Part shown: positions 1-14,107 of the stretch, piece by piece
Layout of the letters: each line of letters opens with the position of its first letter
Numbering within the stretch: the first letter of the stretch is position 1
DNA from: Lama guanicoe
Taxonomy: Eukaryota
NCBI GenBank assembly: GCA_013239625.1
Contig: MU054220.1
Location: 5,378,626-5,442,625, forward strand
DNA length: 64,000 bases
Direction: 5' to 3'
Translations under genes and position numbers: made by a program
The notes under the pieces: model-generated
The model's input: only the letters and a program-made list of their open reading frames with translations
Database searches by the model: none
What the model was told of the DNA's origin: nothing

Positions 1-299
1 GTATTTCTTGGTTCACCATATTAAAAGGTTTAGGGTAGTTTTGGTATCAGTCTTGGTTTGATTCAGCAGCTCCTATGGTGTTAGAATGTTTTTCTCTTTA
101 ATTATGCTTTCTTGAATCAGTTTTGAAATGATTGATTCCTAAGACACAAATTCATGAGAATAAATAATGATAACATTAAAAGTAATAAAAACACATATTA
201 TGTATTGATATTATATATGTTTAAAAAGTATAATGCCTAACCCATAGTGTACACTCAATATGATCATTGTTAGCAGCGCTAGTCATTCTGTTTCTGTGT

Positions 300-460
300 T
301 AATCTTTGCAACAACCCTATGTGGTATTGCTACTATTATACCCATTTTATAGTTCTGAAAACCAAGGACAGTTAGTAAACTTGTCCAAAGTCATAGAGCA
401 ATGAAGTAACAAAGCTGAGGTTTGAACTGAGGCAAACCCTTTTCAAGGTCGAATGCTTAG
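300..460 (-). mobile_element. MIR SINE fragment
   Basis: aatctttgcaacaaccctatg...cccattttatag...aacttgtccaaagtcatag...ggtttgaact matches the reverse complement of the MIR core. Confidence 0.75.
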
Positions 461-1019
461 TGTCAAGGCACCACTGACTTTATGAACAGCAGTCCTGTTT
501 ATTGACATTCACTACACCTTAGAAACTGGCTCTTTTCATCTCATTTGACTATCCTAATGTATGCAGGCTGGTAGTATTTTTCCTCTATTGAGATAGGAAG
601 ACTGAGTTTTAAAGCATTTAGGTGATTTTTCCACGCTATCCAGCTCTACATAGCAGAACAAGGAGTTGGACTTAAGCTGCATTTTTCCTACCCTACACTG
701 TGCTACTTTTATGCTAGATGGATGTTTTTAACTTCCGAATGAGCATGTAATTGGCATAGCATTTAGAGCATTTTTAATCCTTATTAATGAAAGATGGCAG
801 AACATGAGTTGGTTTTCCAGACTTTTGAGATGCTGTTGTACCTGGCTCTTGCAGAAGACCAGAGGCAGGAAAAGGCAGGACTGACTGGTGGGATGGGGTT
901 GTCATTAAGAAAGTGTACCTGATTTCAAGAAGGTTTGTGTCAGGAACTCCTATAGGCATCAGGAACCTGCTGTGACATTCTGTAGGCATCTTTGTTAGAT
1001 TCCAAAGAGCCCCAGCAGG

Positions 1020-1266
1020 GAGAGGTTATGAGAGTTTATGCATAAGATAGGCTTGGGTTTGAATCTTGGTTTTGCTATTTATTAGCTGTCTGACCTTGAG
1101 ATTGTTTCTTAACCAGCCTGAGTTCATTTTTCTCTTTCTACACTGGAGGTAAAATAGTATGCTGAGCTCATAGAGTTGTTGGGCAGATTAAATATGACAA
1201 TGGAATTAGGTACTAAAGACTGTGCCTGGCACTTAAAAGGGGTCAACAAATGCTAGCTATTATTAG
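1020..1266 (+). mobile_element. MIR SINE, near full length
   Basis: gggtttgaatcttggttttgctatttattagctgtctgaccttg ... tgtgcctggcac ... aaatgctagctattatt. Confidence 0.85.
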
Positions 1267-4244
1267 TAATAATGTTTAGATACAAACAGTATAGACATTG
1301 TTGAACCCCAGATATTTTCCCGAAAACAATCTGCACACCGACAATGGGCCTATTCCTTTCCCTACTGTAAGTTTCTTTCATGTTCCTCTCCCCCTTCACC
1401 TCCACCCTCGACCATACTATATGCATAGCTTAGCTCCAAGTTCTCTGCTTTGACCTCTTCTTAATAAGTTGATTTTATTCTTTGACATCAGCCTTGAGTG
1501 TATGCTGAAACTTTGTCTGAAATGAAAGTTTAATTGCAACTATTACCAATGTCAGGCCCGGAAACCTCCTCTTAGCAATTACGCAATGAGGAACCCCATT
1601 GATTACTTTCCAGCTTTGCTGAGGTATACCAGAAGGTTAAGGCTGGGCAGAAGCTACTCTTGTTTTATAGGCCCATGATGTCAGGTGGGAGTGAGTGAGT
1701 GGAATCTCAGGTTGAAGAACGTCTTTTTGTTCTCATGCTCCAGATCAAAGTCTATCTTTCCTGCATAAAGCAAGGTTATATTTCTCCAAGGCTTCAGGGG
1801 ATAAAATTCTGCCTTGTGTTAGATGTCACAGAATCACGGAATGCGAGAATTGGGAAGAACAACCTTTAGGTTGATTGTCCTCAGAATGTAGTGCTCTGTG
1901 GAAGTGCTACAAGGGCAAGGGGCGGAAGAAGGGATGGGTTCTCTGGCTTTTTGCTTTCACCCTCCACTTTTCCTATTTTATGTATAGGAATTCAGCATAA
2001 GGGTTTTAAGAGAAACATAATGAGTTTAGCTGCTAAACAAAATGTTACAAAACCCTTATTACTCAGTGTTTTTCAGTTAAGAAAAGGTCAGAAAGACAAA
2101 ATTGGCTATTTTTTAAATTTATGGAACAGATTTTAATGAGCATCTTCTGAAGGCCAGATGTCGGTCCAGCTCTTGGGAATACAGTGATACACTCAAAGTA
2201 GACTGGATTCTTACAACAGCACTGGCTCTTCTAGGTACCAGTGATCTTCTCTATCAACTCTGGAAAGCAGAATTTTCTAAAATCATGTATATTTTGTAAA
2301 ATCTAAGTCATGTCTTTCTGATTGTCACCTTTCTTAAGAATATTCACTGAAACTTGATATGATCACAGGCTAATCAGATTTTCTTGTTTTTGTTTACTTC
2401 TGTCTTATTCCTATACTCTAGCTTCTCAGGGAAGGAGTTGGTGAGGAAAGATGGAACTAATAGTTGTGATGGTGTTGGTGGGTGTGGGGAATTTAAAATT
2501 TAAATTTGGTAGGAGGAAGTGATTTCGTAGAACTGGAGGCAGCCTTGTGGGGAAGAGATTAAGGTTATGGTTGGTCGAATCCTAGAGAGGACTCTTACAC
2601 CTACCAAAACTATTCTTAATGATACTACATTATAGAATTAACTATTTAAAGTTAACTTAAGCACAAATAGAAACATCTTTATAATTACTTCATAATCACA
2701 AATATGATTTTCTGCTGGATTCTGATGAAATCCTAAGACAGGTGTAGATAAGGAGAAATTCCTTGTCCTACTTCCAATCTAAATATTTTCTTCCATCATC
2801 CTAATCTTAGGAATTCTCTTCTTTGTCTTTGTTTTGCATCTCACCTAGATTAGTGAATTCCTCATTGGACCTAGTCACTTAATGTTGATAGTTAAGCCAG
2901 TTGTGGAGGATTCTCAGTCTCTCTCTGTAATTATTCAAAGTTTAGATTTTAAAAACATGACATCTTTGTTAACTGACAATTTTCTTTTTGTTTCCATCCA
3001 ATGTGATGCCATATCTCTTAAGGATCAGCCTTCCTCCAGTTAAGTGAGCATTCTTACTGTAGCTGCTTTGGAAGGCCTGGAAGGGCAAGAGGTGAGTAGA
3101 GAGAGAGGAAGTGAAGAGGGAAATAAAAAGATGATCATTATAGACCATCTTGGCATTTACCCTGAGGCCTGAGTTTTTTCTTCCTATTTCCAAAAACACA
3201 CAATACTCTTTGATTACTTCTGATGTCCCACTCTGAGATGTCATCCCTGTGAGAAGCAGCCTGGGATTTCGTGGTTTGAATATTGTAACTACAGAAAAGG
3301 TGTGTGTGTGTATATAAAATTTGTTTAAAATAGGGATGAAGGCCTAAATAGGGATTGCTTCATTCACAGTCTGACCACTCTGCATTCTCTACTATTAGAT
3401 CCCAGATAAAAATCAAAGCAGCTAGAAAGCTCATCACATAATATATACAATTTGAGGCCACGCACTATTACAGTCTTGTCTATTTCAAAATGTGTTTGAC
3501 CTTCATTTATACAAAGGAAAAAGTCACAATGACAGCTGAACATGAAAACAATTCCAAGACATTGTGATGTGGAGAATCAAAAGGAGAGACTTTGGAGGCA
3601 GAATTTGTGGGTGACTGATAATAGCACTGAAGTCCCTGGGACTGACTTTGCAAAGTAATTCTACAGTTACAGGGACTGTTCTATCTGTACAGCAAAGCAG
3701 TAACTGCTGTGCTTGGAATCAGACAGGCAAAAGTCTGGAACACATTAATTGCCCAGGTTCAGAGAGACAGGAGATTGGTGCACTTGCTCTTTTCTTTGTA
3801 AAAGAGGGCATGCAGTTCCTCCACTACTCTTCTTTTCCAAGCTACTGATGAATATGTCATTTCTGCTTTTATTCACTATATCAAAGATGAATGATTTAAA
3901 TTCTGTTCAAAAAGGAAGAATGTAAAAGCGCTAAAATTTGGTATCCTCTAATGTATTGGACTGTTCCATATCTGTTTCTATACCTATATATCTCCTATAT
4001 ATCATCTATAACTGTATGTTTATCTATACTTCTTCCTGTGTCTATTTGTATCTATATGTATATCCAAAACACAAGGCAAAGAAGGAATGAGATAATCCAG
4101 ATTTATCATTTCAGTGGCTTTCAATCTTGCCAGTTTAGTAGTTGGACGGAAATGAAGTTATCTTTTGGCACAAAAAGTCTTGATAATTGAGTTGAAAGTC
4201 TTCCAATGCTTAAAAAATTAAAAGATTTTTTCACCTTAATTTGG

Positions 4245-4420
4245 GAGGCAGTGAGGTAGAGTTTAAAAGGATCACATCTTTAGGATCATCTGTACCTGGG
4301 CTCAAACTCTACATTCATCTCCTCACTGGCTAACCCTGGGAAAGCTACTTTTCTGTGCCTCAGATTTCTCTTGTGTAAAATGAGGATATTGCTGACACTG
4401 TAAGGTTGTTGTAAACTTTA
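4245..4420 (+). mobile_element. MIR SINE fragment
   Basis: cctgggctcaaactc...ctgtgcctcagatttctcttgtgtaaaatgagg. Confidence 0.75.
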
Positions 4421-5899
4421 GAAGGAAGCCAGGATGTTCCAGAAGGGAAGGAGGAAACTGATAGAACAGAGTTAAACAGATCCTAGAGAGCTGATGCCTT
4501 GAATCTGGTGTTCAAGTAAAAGGCTCAGGTGTTGCTTTCTCTTATTTTATCCAAATTGGTTTTCCTCTTCTTTGTTGTTACTGACTTCCCCAGTCATCTG
4601 TCCAGCATCACCACTGTGATGACCACAGTGGTGGTGATGCCCAGGTTCAGAGAGACAGGAGATTCACTGTGGCTTTGCATTTTAGAACATGCTCTCTTTT
4701 CTCAGATGGTTGGAGTTAATTTAAGACAAAATAGCTTCAACAGCTCAGCAAATATCAGGCTGCTGAAGGAGACAATGTAGTTAGAAAAGAAAACATCAAA
4801 AGACCAGAAAACAGACCACTAGAAATCTTCAGCCTGAATCAAAGCTTAGGTAGAGAGGGCAACTGTGAAAATAAACCAGATGATAGCAGAATGCAAAAAT
4901 GCTGCAGTTGCTGGTCAGACTATTTTAAGTATCTGTTTAGAAGTCTAATTAAATGGGAGGGAAGACTGTCCTTTGTGTCAACATCTGAAAACTTAAAATT
5001 TGCTTCTGCCTTGCCTTTTGGAGCAATGCCTATCCGTTCTGTATTCAATTAATTCAACCATTAGTGAAATGCAGTCCCATCTGGGACAAATCCGTTGCTC
5101 TAATAGTGAGAAAGTAACAAGGATTATGTTCTTCCTTTGAAAGAGGGTAGTGCTGTGTTCTTATTCTTAGAGGGAGGAGACTTGGTTGCCGTTAACCTGT
5201 GAAAGCAAATTCACATTCATAACAACTCTCGTAAGTGGAAAGCTCAAGAAAGAATCCAACTCCTTTCATTCTGTCCATTGCAAACATACCAAAACTTTAC
5301 TCTTATATAACATCTTTCACACAGGACTCTGTGGATAATTTTACCTATTTCCCCAAGATTTATTGTGGGAGGGGAGAGGATTGTGTATCTTTAAGGGTAG
5401 ACCCACTTGTGTTCTCGTCATCATTTCTGTCACAAAAACATTAATTTGATACCACTATCTATGTCCATGGTAATCTTTGTCCTGTGAACAGATTCATTAT
5501 GCACCACTTTTGGTTCCTTTTTACTGTGTTTATCAAAAACTGGAGATTGCACAATAAGGGTGAGAATAAATATTGAGTCAGTGAAAACTTATCAGCTTCC
5601 ATGACAACGGTGGTAAGTGACATTGTAAAAGGCATCAGGGCTCAGCCCTGGTGCACAAGTTTATGTGAGTGAGCACGTTGGAGGGTACCTAGAAGTCCGG
5701 GGGAGGCATTGTCGGGGCGAAGGGTAGAGACCTAGCGTGCAGAGAGCACCTGCAAGTTTTCTTATGGATGGAGCTTATCAATTTTGTTCCAGTTGCTAGA
5801 ACTAGCACCTGCTTCTGCTCATCAAAATGAACATTAATTGATTTTCTTTCAGAGGGGGTTTTATATAAAGAACAGGATGCAGGCTGGCTTCATTTGGAA

Positions 5900-6190
5900 T
5901 ACGAGCTCTGACTTAACCACTTTGTAGCTCAGTTTCCTTAACTGTGGAATGAATATAATAATAGAACCTCCTTCATAGGCTTCTTGTGTGAAGAAATGAG
6001 TTGGGAGGGTAAAGCACTTGGAAAAGTGCTAGGAACGCAGTATGCATTTATACTGTGCAAGTTGCTTTGAATCATTGGTCCTCAGTTTTTCTCATCTGTA
6101 AACTGGAGATAACTGCTTTTCAGTATTGTTGTAGAGATAAGCAATAATGAACATAGAGTACTAGGTCCTGCCTTATAATGGATTAATAAA
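5900..6190 (+). mobile_element. Two adjacent MIR fragments
   Basis: ctcagtttccttaactgtggaatg and cctcagtttttctcatctgtaaactggagataa MIR cores. Confidence 0.7.
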
Positions 6191-8008
6191 TGAAGATGTT
6201 ACCCCCTGTGCAGGTACAAGGTCGGTCTAGGAACCATTAAAGAAGAATAATGTTTAAGCATTGCCTCTGCCATTCGTTTGCTGACCATCTCCAGCTTTTT
6301 AGCAGTGATAGAGATAATCGAAGCCCTCTAATGTTAAGCTCCTGTGGCCATTTCTCAGTTCTGAGCTGTCTTCTCTACTTTTCTTTACTTTTTTGTACCT
6401 TTGTCATAGGCCCTAGACAAATCATTTTGACTCCCCTACTACTCACTGTCCTATGTGGTCTTCTACAAGTCTGACTGCAGGTAGACTTATCCTCATAGGG
6501 CCTCCAAAGATAATTACACAAGTTCTTCCTTTTAAAAGCTTTACCTCTGATCCTTGGGAGGAGGCAAGAACAGAACAAAACAAAACAAAACACGTGGCAA
6601 AATAACATGGATTTCACAATAGCACAGAGTAGTACATAGAGTCTTGACTTCTGGCTGACAGTTTCTAACTCCTTCTTTTATTGCTCAAAGACCCTTCTGC
6701 TCTTTTGTTTTATTCCTGCTTCTGGAATTTAACCAGCTGTATCTCTTGATGCTGAGGCCTGGTGTTGTAATCTAGGCACCCATGAAACTGAATTCATGTC
6801 CTCTCAGAGGCTACTTGTGCCCAGCAGACCATATGCATTTCTGAGACCTGGGTAATATTGAATAATGGTTGATCCTTAAGTTCCTCACCTTCCAGATCAT
6901 GCAAATGATGCTCCCTTAGACTTTTGCTGTTTTCCCATTTGGGGAACTTTTTCCGTTCTTCTTTATCTGTTTGGAGGCAAAGCATTCTTCAAGGTTCAAC
7001 CGAACACACCTATATCACAGTGTTGCTCCTGAGTGTTTCAGCCTGTCAATAAATATACATTAGGCATTGTGCCTACTCTGATCAACCCTCTTTACCAAAT
7101 CCCAGCCAAATTTCAGTTCCAAAATTCTGTAGGATTTAGCATTTGTCCATAATGGTTAATTTTTTTAAATAGTGAGTTAACATTCTATAGTATTTATATT
7201 TTTCTGAAAACTTTCATATCTGTGAGTTTATTTTATCTTCTTAGTAGCCTTATCAAACAGGTAGGGAGAAATTTTTATTCTCCTTTGATGTATAAGGAAA
7301 CCAAGCCCCAAGGAGCGTGTGTGTGTTTATGTGTTTGAAGGGAGCTAGTAAATAACTTCAGTAAGACCTCATAGCTAATTTGTGGTTGAGCTGGGACTGA
7401 AATGCAAGGCTTCTTTTCTTCAAACCTGCACTTTACCCATGAGCTCATCCTATCTTCTCCTACTCTATTGTGCCCTTTATGTTTTAACCTATTAATATGA
7501 TTAGTTCCAAATTCCACCCCCCGCACAGGCACCTGCAGGTGAAAGCTCTTATCAGTGATCTTTTAATTCTCATTCTAATACAAAACCATTGTGTTTAATG
7601 AATGAGAAATATGTTCCATATTAAGCTGGTAATATCAGTGATATGCATGCATAATATATACAGTAGATAAATGTAAGATTTATCATTACACTTAAACAAA
7701 ATACCAACCTTTCTGAAGTAGACAGAGCTCACTGGAGCTGCAGTAGCAGATCTTGTTATCTTGCCAGTTGATTAGAGACTGCAAATCAGGAAACTGGCTG
7801 AAGCATTCCAAGGGTATAGGAGCTGCATCTGCACACATTTTTTGAGATAAAACACTGAAATTTTTGCTGAAACACAGTATTTCAAAGGGAGAGCATGAAG
7901 AAGAGTACTAGAACCCTAGACTGAGACTTAAGAACATCGGCCTGATGGAACACTTGACGTTTCCTTCCTTTGTGAGAGCTTTACCATGTTCCTCCTTTGC
8001 TCGAACAC

Positions 8009-8805
8009 TGTAAGGGCAAATTAAAAATTCTCCTTGTTGATTGTGGTGAATATTTCACAATGTATACATATATCATATTGTTAAGTTGTACATCTTCATA
8101 TGCACATCTTTAATTGTCAATTATAACTTGATAAAGTTTGAAAAAAAAGGAAAACAATTCTCCCTGTTGAAAATAGGGAAGAGACTCACCTCCCCACCCC
8201 CAAACGCCTTCTGTTTTCTTTAGGAAATCTGTAATTGAAAATTCTTTTGCTGTTTCTTTGAAATGGATGTAAATCTTTTTAAAAGTTAAATAAGCCGCTT
8301 GTCAGCTTCACGGCCCAGGAATGTCTTTCTAAAGGACTTGGCTCTATCTCTGAAATGTAAGCATCAAGGAAGACAGTGCCCTTATCTCCAAGTTTCTGTG
8401 TGGGGCTAGAAATCTAACTTGAGTGGTGCCTTGATCCCAGTTGCAAAGCTACACTTGTCATAAACATATGAGAAGTTTGTATTTCCTTTGGATAAAGCCA
8501 ATTAGTTGACACAGACGGTCACCTCAATTACAAAGTGGATTTATGATAAGCTATGTGTGACAAATGGCGCCGTCAAGTTCTCTTACTGGAGGATTCTTTA
8601 TCTTGAGAGCATGTATGTAATGGGTCGTGTCTGCTTAGCCATATAAAAGGATGAGATTTTTTCCTGTTTTTGCAGTCTCTTAGTGGATTACCTGGGATCA
8701 CATTCTGGTTTAAATTTATTAAATAATAACATTGTTTTCTTCCGCCTACTTTGTGGAGAGGTTTTCTGTGTTAGGAAGAGATTGAAAACTTTTTTTTTCC
8801 AATAA
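8009..8805 (+). mobile_element. ERV1-class solo LTR (subfamily uncertain), interrupted by an L1 3' fragment
   Basis: Starts TGTAAGGG; TATA-like atataaaagg at ~8641; ccaggaatgtctttct and ggataaagccaattag motifs recalled from eutherian ERV1 LTRs. Confidence 0.7.
8041..8155 (+). mobile_element. 5'-truncated L1MA/MB-type 3' end
   Basis: L1 terminal sequence plus A-tail; 15-bp TSD aattctcc(t/c)tgttga at 8026-8040 and 8156-8170. Confidence 0.85.
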
Positions 8806-8884
8806 TGTGTTTGCCTTTACATGAACAAAAACTTGTGAGGAAATAATTTGCATTACATGGCTCCAAACCAAATATTAGTTTCTT

Positions 8885-9039
8885 TTCTGTTTTCTTTTTT
8901 GTTTGTTAGTTAATTTTTTTGGTGGTAATTAGGTTTGTTTGTTTGTTTGTTTGTTTTTCTAACAGTTACTGGGGATTGTACCCAGGACCTTGTGATGCTA
9001 ATCACACACTCTACCACTGAGCTATACCCTACCCTTCAC
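8885..9039 (-). mobile_element. Camelid-type tRNA-derived SINE
   Basis: ggggattgtacccaggaccttg...ctctaccactgagctataccc head with T-rich tail; 17-bp TSD ccaa(a/g)tattagtttctt at 8868-8884 and 9040-9056. Confidence 0.9.
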
Positions 9040-10949
9040 CCAAGTATTAGTTTCTTAAGAGCTATGTCTTCTGTCCATATTTTTGTATGCCACAAAACAC
9101 TGAAAATACGATAATCTGGAACCCTTAGTTAAATCTTCTGTGGTTACCTCTGTGGTGTGACCAATAGAAGGCCCCGGATAAATACTTCATCTAATTTGTG
9201 ATATGGTCAACTTGCTAAATAACAAAATTATGCTACAAGAATTTTGTTTAATACTGAGTAGAACATAGCAGCATTGTGCTTGTTGCTGGCATTTAAAGCT
9301 ATTGCTGGCATACTCATGAGAGCTGGAAAACTCAGGCATTAAGTTCAAACTTCCCTGTTTCAGTTTGTGTAGATACAACTTGAAGAAGACCATTTGGGTT
9401 AAGTAATCCTCAGTGTTTTGAGACTTGTTCTACAATCTCTAACATATCGTCAGTTATACATTGATTTCTCCCAAGGGAAGTGGATAAACCAACCAACCAA
9501 TTTTAGTTTTCTTTTTCCTGGTGTTGCCATCTTATCTTTTCCCCTACGCAAACATCATTGCTTTTTCTGTCGATATTTTTCTTGGCAGAAAGGTACCTCT
9601 GGTCTTCTTAAGACTTTAACTCCTTAGTGAACTCACTCATTCATCCTCCATCTCTTAATACCAAAAGAGATGACAGAGAAAGCTTAGGTTGTTCACCTTT
9701 TTGAAATGTCCAATTGTCTAGTGGGTATCAGAAAAATGCATCCAGGCAATGCTACAACCACATCCAGACCTGAGTCAAGACTAAAGCCTCCCCCACCAAC
9801 AAACAAAAAACCAAAAATAATCTTAAAATGTCATGTTAGAAGCAGAAATAAAAATTGTTAAAGTTTTGATCTGGGGGAAAAAAAAAAAGACTGAAGCCCC
9901 AAGCTCTGTTATTAAGGATATAGGACTTGACAGCCTGAACTGGGGAAACGAGTTCTCTGCAGGATGGGAAGGAGTGAAAAAGATCCTCAGTAGTGGTTTC
10001 TCTAACTGACTTGGCAGAAATAGTAAACTAGGGGCTTTGCAAATGCCTTTTATACATCTACTCTCCACTTCGTTCAGGCCATAAAATGTGGGGTTTAATT
10101 GAATTTCACAGCCAAGGAAAAAAATGAAATCAAACATAATAGAACACATGCAGGTCAACACATTGCCTTCAAGACAACTGGGCTAATGGGAGGTCGAGCC
10201 CATGTGGAGAATTTACAAATGAGATGACCCTGGTGAAATCTGGGCACAATAACACCCTGATTAGTGAGCACAGCTGCTCAGGATCCAGAATCATTCTGTG
10301 TCAGTCTCTATGTTAAGCTTATTATCGCCTTCCCAAAGTTTGGTGTCTCATCACTGCTCCCTCAATACTGTTCAAAAGTAGCAAGGGGGCAAATCTAACA
10401 TCTATACATTCCCAAATGATCAGCTCAGATTTCAGGGATTTTTAAAAAAGGTTTAAACATCTCATCAGTTTTCTAATTATACTGATTTCTCTTCTCGCCT
10501 CTGCCACTTTCTTGATGATATTCTGTGTACTGAAATTTCATCACATGAGTAGTTCTACCTATGTTTACTCCTCAGAAACCTAGAGAAAGCAGAACTACCA
10601 GAGAGTCCACTGGGCTTAGAATTAGGTGTGTCTCTAATTCCCAGTTCCAACCCTTAGCAGCTGCTGAACTTGGGTAAGTTACTTGATGCTTTCTATGCCA
10701 GTTTCCTTACTACTGGTGCAGGTTTAATGGAAATATTGTTCTGGCCAGTAGGCGTCACTGCGCAAGTGTTAGGTACATTTGATTCTGAAAAAGGAAGTGT
10801 GGAAATAAAAGCAAAAGGTTTTCCAGATGGGTCAGGATTTGTATTTTTCAAAGTAGTCCCAAAGGGGTAGAAATGCTCCCTGAGGATATGTCAGACTATA
10901 GAGAGGAGTATGAGTATTTCAAAAAAAGCTTTTTATTTTCTGTCGTTAA

Positions 10950-13900
10950 ACAAATCAAAACATCAGGGAAAAAAGTTACACAGAATCTTCTTAACTATTG
11001 GAGGATACCCAGAAGAAAAAAGAAAAAAGTAGGAAAGAAGGAAAAGAAGAGAAAAATAATCACTGGGAAGGAAAAACAAATAAAAAGTAGAAAATAAGAT
11101 GATAGAAGTAAGTCAAAATATAAAGAAAATAATTATAAATTCTCTGGACTTGCCAGTTAAAAACAGTTTTTGTGCTGAATTAAAAGAAAAATTCAGCAAG
11201 TGGCTGCTTATAAGAGACAGACCCACTATGTTAATCTTAAAATGGGAAAAAATTTGAAAGTGAAAGAATGGGAAAAGATACACCAAATACTAACCTAAAG
11301 AAAAAAATATTACATGAATTTAAAAACTTAAAAAGAATTATTACAAACAATTCATGAATCAGAGAATAGAACATAATGGATATCAGAAAAATACTTAAAA
11401 TTGAATCATAAATAAAAGTGCTGCACATCAGACAACTAAATCAATATAGTAAGTCCTCAGTGATTATATTGGACAAAAAGAAAGACTGGAAATTAATGAA
11501 CTAAATTTGCCACTCAAAGTTAGAGGAAAACAGAGTAATCCTGAGGAATGTGGAAAAGTGTAATTAATATATGTACAGATATTAATGAATAAGAAAAAAG
11601 GTACAATAGAGTAACTCAAGGTCAAAATCAGATTATTTGAAAAGTATAAATTTATTATCATACTTTTTTATAGATATATTTTTGGCAAGATTGATGAAGA
11701 ATGAAAAGGAGAAGGCTCACAGTAAAAAGAATTAGAAATTTTAAAAATGGAGCATACATAGGTATAGCAGAAATTTTAAAATAGTGCAATATATTAAGAC
11801 TTCTATAATAATAAATTTGAATGTAAACAAATGGACAATTTCCTAGAAAAGTATACCTTACTAGTACTCAGAAACAAAAAGAAAACTTGAATAGATGTAT
11901 AACCATTAAATAAATTAAATGAGTGGTTAAATAGTTTAAAAAATGAAAAGTCAAAATCATATTGCCCAGATGATTTTTTAGAGGCAAGTTCTAGCAAATA
12001 TTCAAAACCAGCTAATTCTAAGTTTATGCAAACTTATTGTAGAGCACAGAAAAAGACAGTGCTTTTCAGCTTAAGTCAGGTATAATCTTGATTTTGAAAT
12101 CAGATGTGAGAAAGAAGAATTAAAGACCAATCTCACTAATAAATCAAGATTAAATAGCCCTAAATTTAAAAATGTTTGAGTTTATTTCAAGAATGTTTTC
12201 GAAAATTTGTTAATGCAATTTACCACATTAACAGATGAAAGGAGACAAAACATATTAGGAAACAAATCAAACAACAACAACAAAAACAATGACTCCCAAA
12301 CCTCTTAGCAAACAAGCAATTATCACAAGAACTTCCTTAACCATGTGAAGATATATAACAGAAACAGAGAACAAGTTTAATGCCTGATGAGAAAATATCA
12401 GTATTTCTTCTAAAGACCAGGACAAACCAATGATGCATTTATCACAGCTTCCATTTTATATTATATGAGAGGCTCTAACCTGTTGTAATAAGATACAAAA
12501 ATGAAGTAAAAGGTATAAAAAATTCAAAAGGAAGGAACAAAACTATTGTTACTTTCAGAGTCTATCATTGCTTACATAGAAAATTCAAGAGAACCTGTGG
12601 CTGAACTAATAGAATTAATAAGAGTTCAAAAAAGTGACTGGATACAAAACCAATATATAAATATCTTTAATGTGTATCTTGTTTTTATTTTATATCAGCC
12701 ACAAAACAGCAAATATAATATAAAAAGATAATATTTAAAATATCACAATTAAAAATGTGTAATATTTTTGTGGAGAAAATTTTAAATCTTTGTTGAAAGA
12801 CGTTAATGACCTAAAGAAGTGGAGAGAGATAATATGATTGTGAATGAGAAGTCTCAAATTATAAGGATCCTTATTTTCTAAAAATTAATTCATAAACTCA
12901 TATCATTTGCATTCAGAGTCCCAATAGGATATTCCATGGGCCTTGACACACTCATTCTAAAAAACCAGGGATTGAGAACGGTCAAGGCAGTTTTGAAGAA
13001 GGAGATTAAAATAGGAGGACTAAACTCACCAGATTTCAAGAATCCTTACAATGTTTTATTAATTAAAATAATGTGTTGCTAACACAGAGCTAGAAATATT
13101 AACCACAATAGGAAGCCTGTACAGAGTTTGTATCTAAAGAAACTTCATATATGATAGAAGTAATACTGCAGATCCAGGAGAAAGGAGCAACTATTTAAAT
13201 AATGGTTCTGGGACAAGTAGTAACCCTTATGGAAAAAGTGAAATTGGATTCATTCCTTACAACATATTCTAAGATTGGTTCTATTTGGATTAAAAATCTG
13301 CAGGAAAAACAAAATTTAGCAGTTTTTAGAACACAATATTAGAAAATATCGACAGGACTGTGGTAGAGAAGGATTTCTTTAGAAAATGAAAGGCAAAACG
13401 ATAAAGGCAAGGACTGATGAAATTAACTGAGTTAAATATTTAAATCTCTCCATCAAAAGATATGAAAAAACAGAGTGAGAAAGTATGTGTCGCAGATTGA
13501 GAGAAGATTTTTTGAAACAAAAATAATATACAGGATCATTGTGCAGCACACTAAGAGAACTCCCAGAGGACAGGAAGATAAAGACAATTCAATTTAGTAA
13601 TAGACAAAGAATATGATCAGATAGATCACCAAATAAAAAACTCAAAAGGCCAACAAATGTGAATAATGCATAGTGTTAATAGTACTTAGGAAAATGAAAA
13701 TTAGAGCTACAATGAGGTATCATTCAGTACCAGTGAGACTGACAAAATTAAGACAAGTAACAATTTCAGTTGCAAGAAAGCGGAACCATGGGCCCTCTCA
13801 TGCACTGCTGGGAGAAGTGTAAATTGATCCAATGACTTGGGAGAGCAATTGACAACAGCTGGTAAAGAAGAGCCTACCCTATGACTTACATATTAGAATG

Positions 13901-14107
13901 TCGACTGACGCATTGCTTGTAATGGTGAAAAAATTGGAGACAACGTAAATGACCACTAAAAGGAGGAAGGATAAATCAATTCTACTGTGTTCATACAACA
14001 GAATCCTTTACAGTGGTTAAAATTAACTAAGTAGAGATAAATGTATCCATATGAATAAATCACTAAAACATAATGTTAAGTGAAGAAAGCAGATTGCAAA
14101 AGAATGC
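10950..14107 (+). mobile_element. Ancient L1M (L1ME-like) ORF2 and 3' region, degraded
   Basis: A-rich strand; ORF2 motifs atggacaatttcctagaaaa, aatggttctgggacaa, cactgctgggagaagtgtaaattg; no intact ORF. Confidence 0.85.

Noticed and set aside
3023..3097. Possible 69-nt exon ending at gag|gtgagt
   Set aside because: Ambiguous acceptor, stops in two frames and no recognisable peptide; such sites are common by chance
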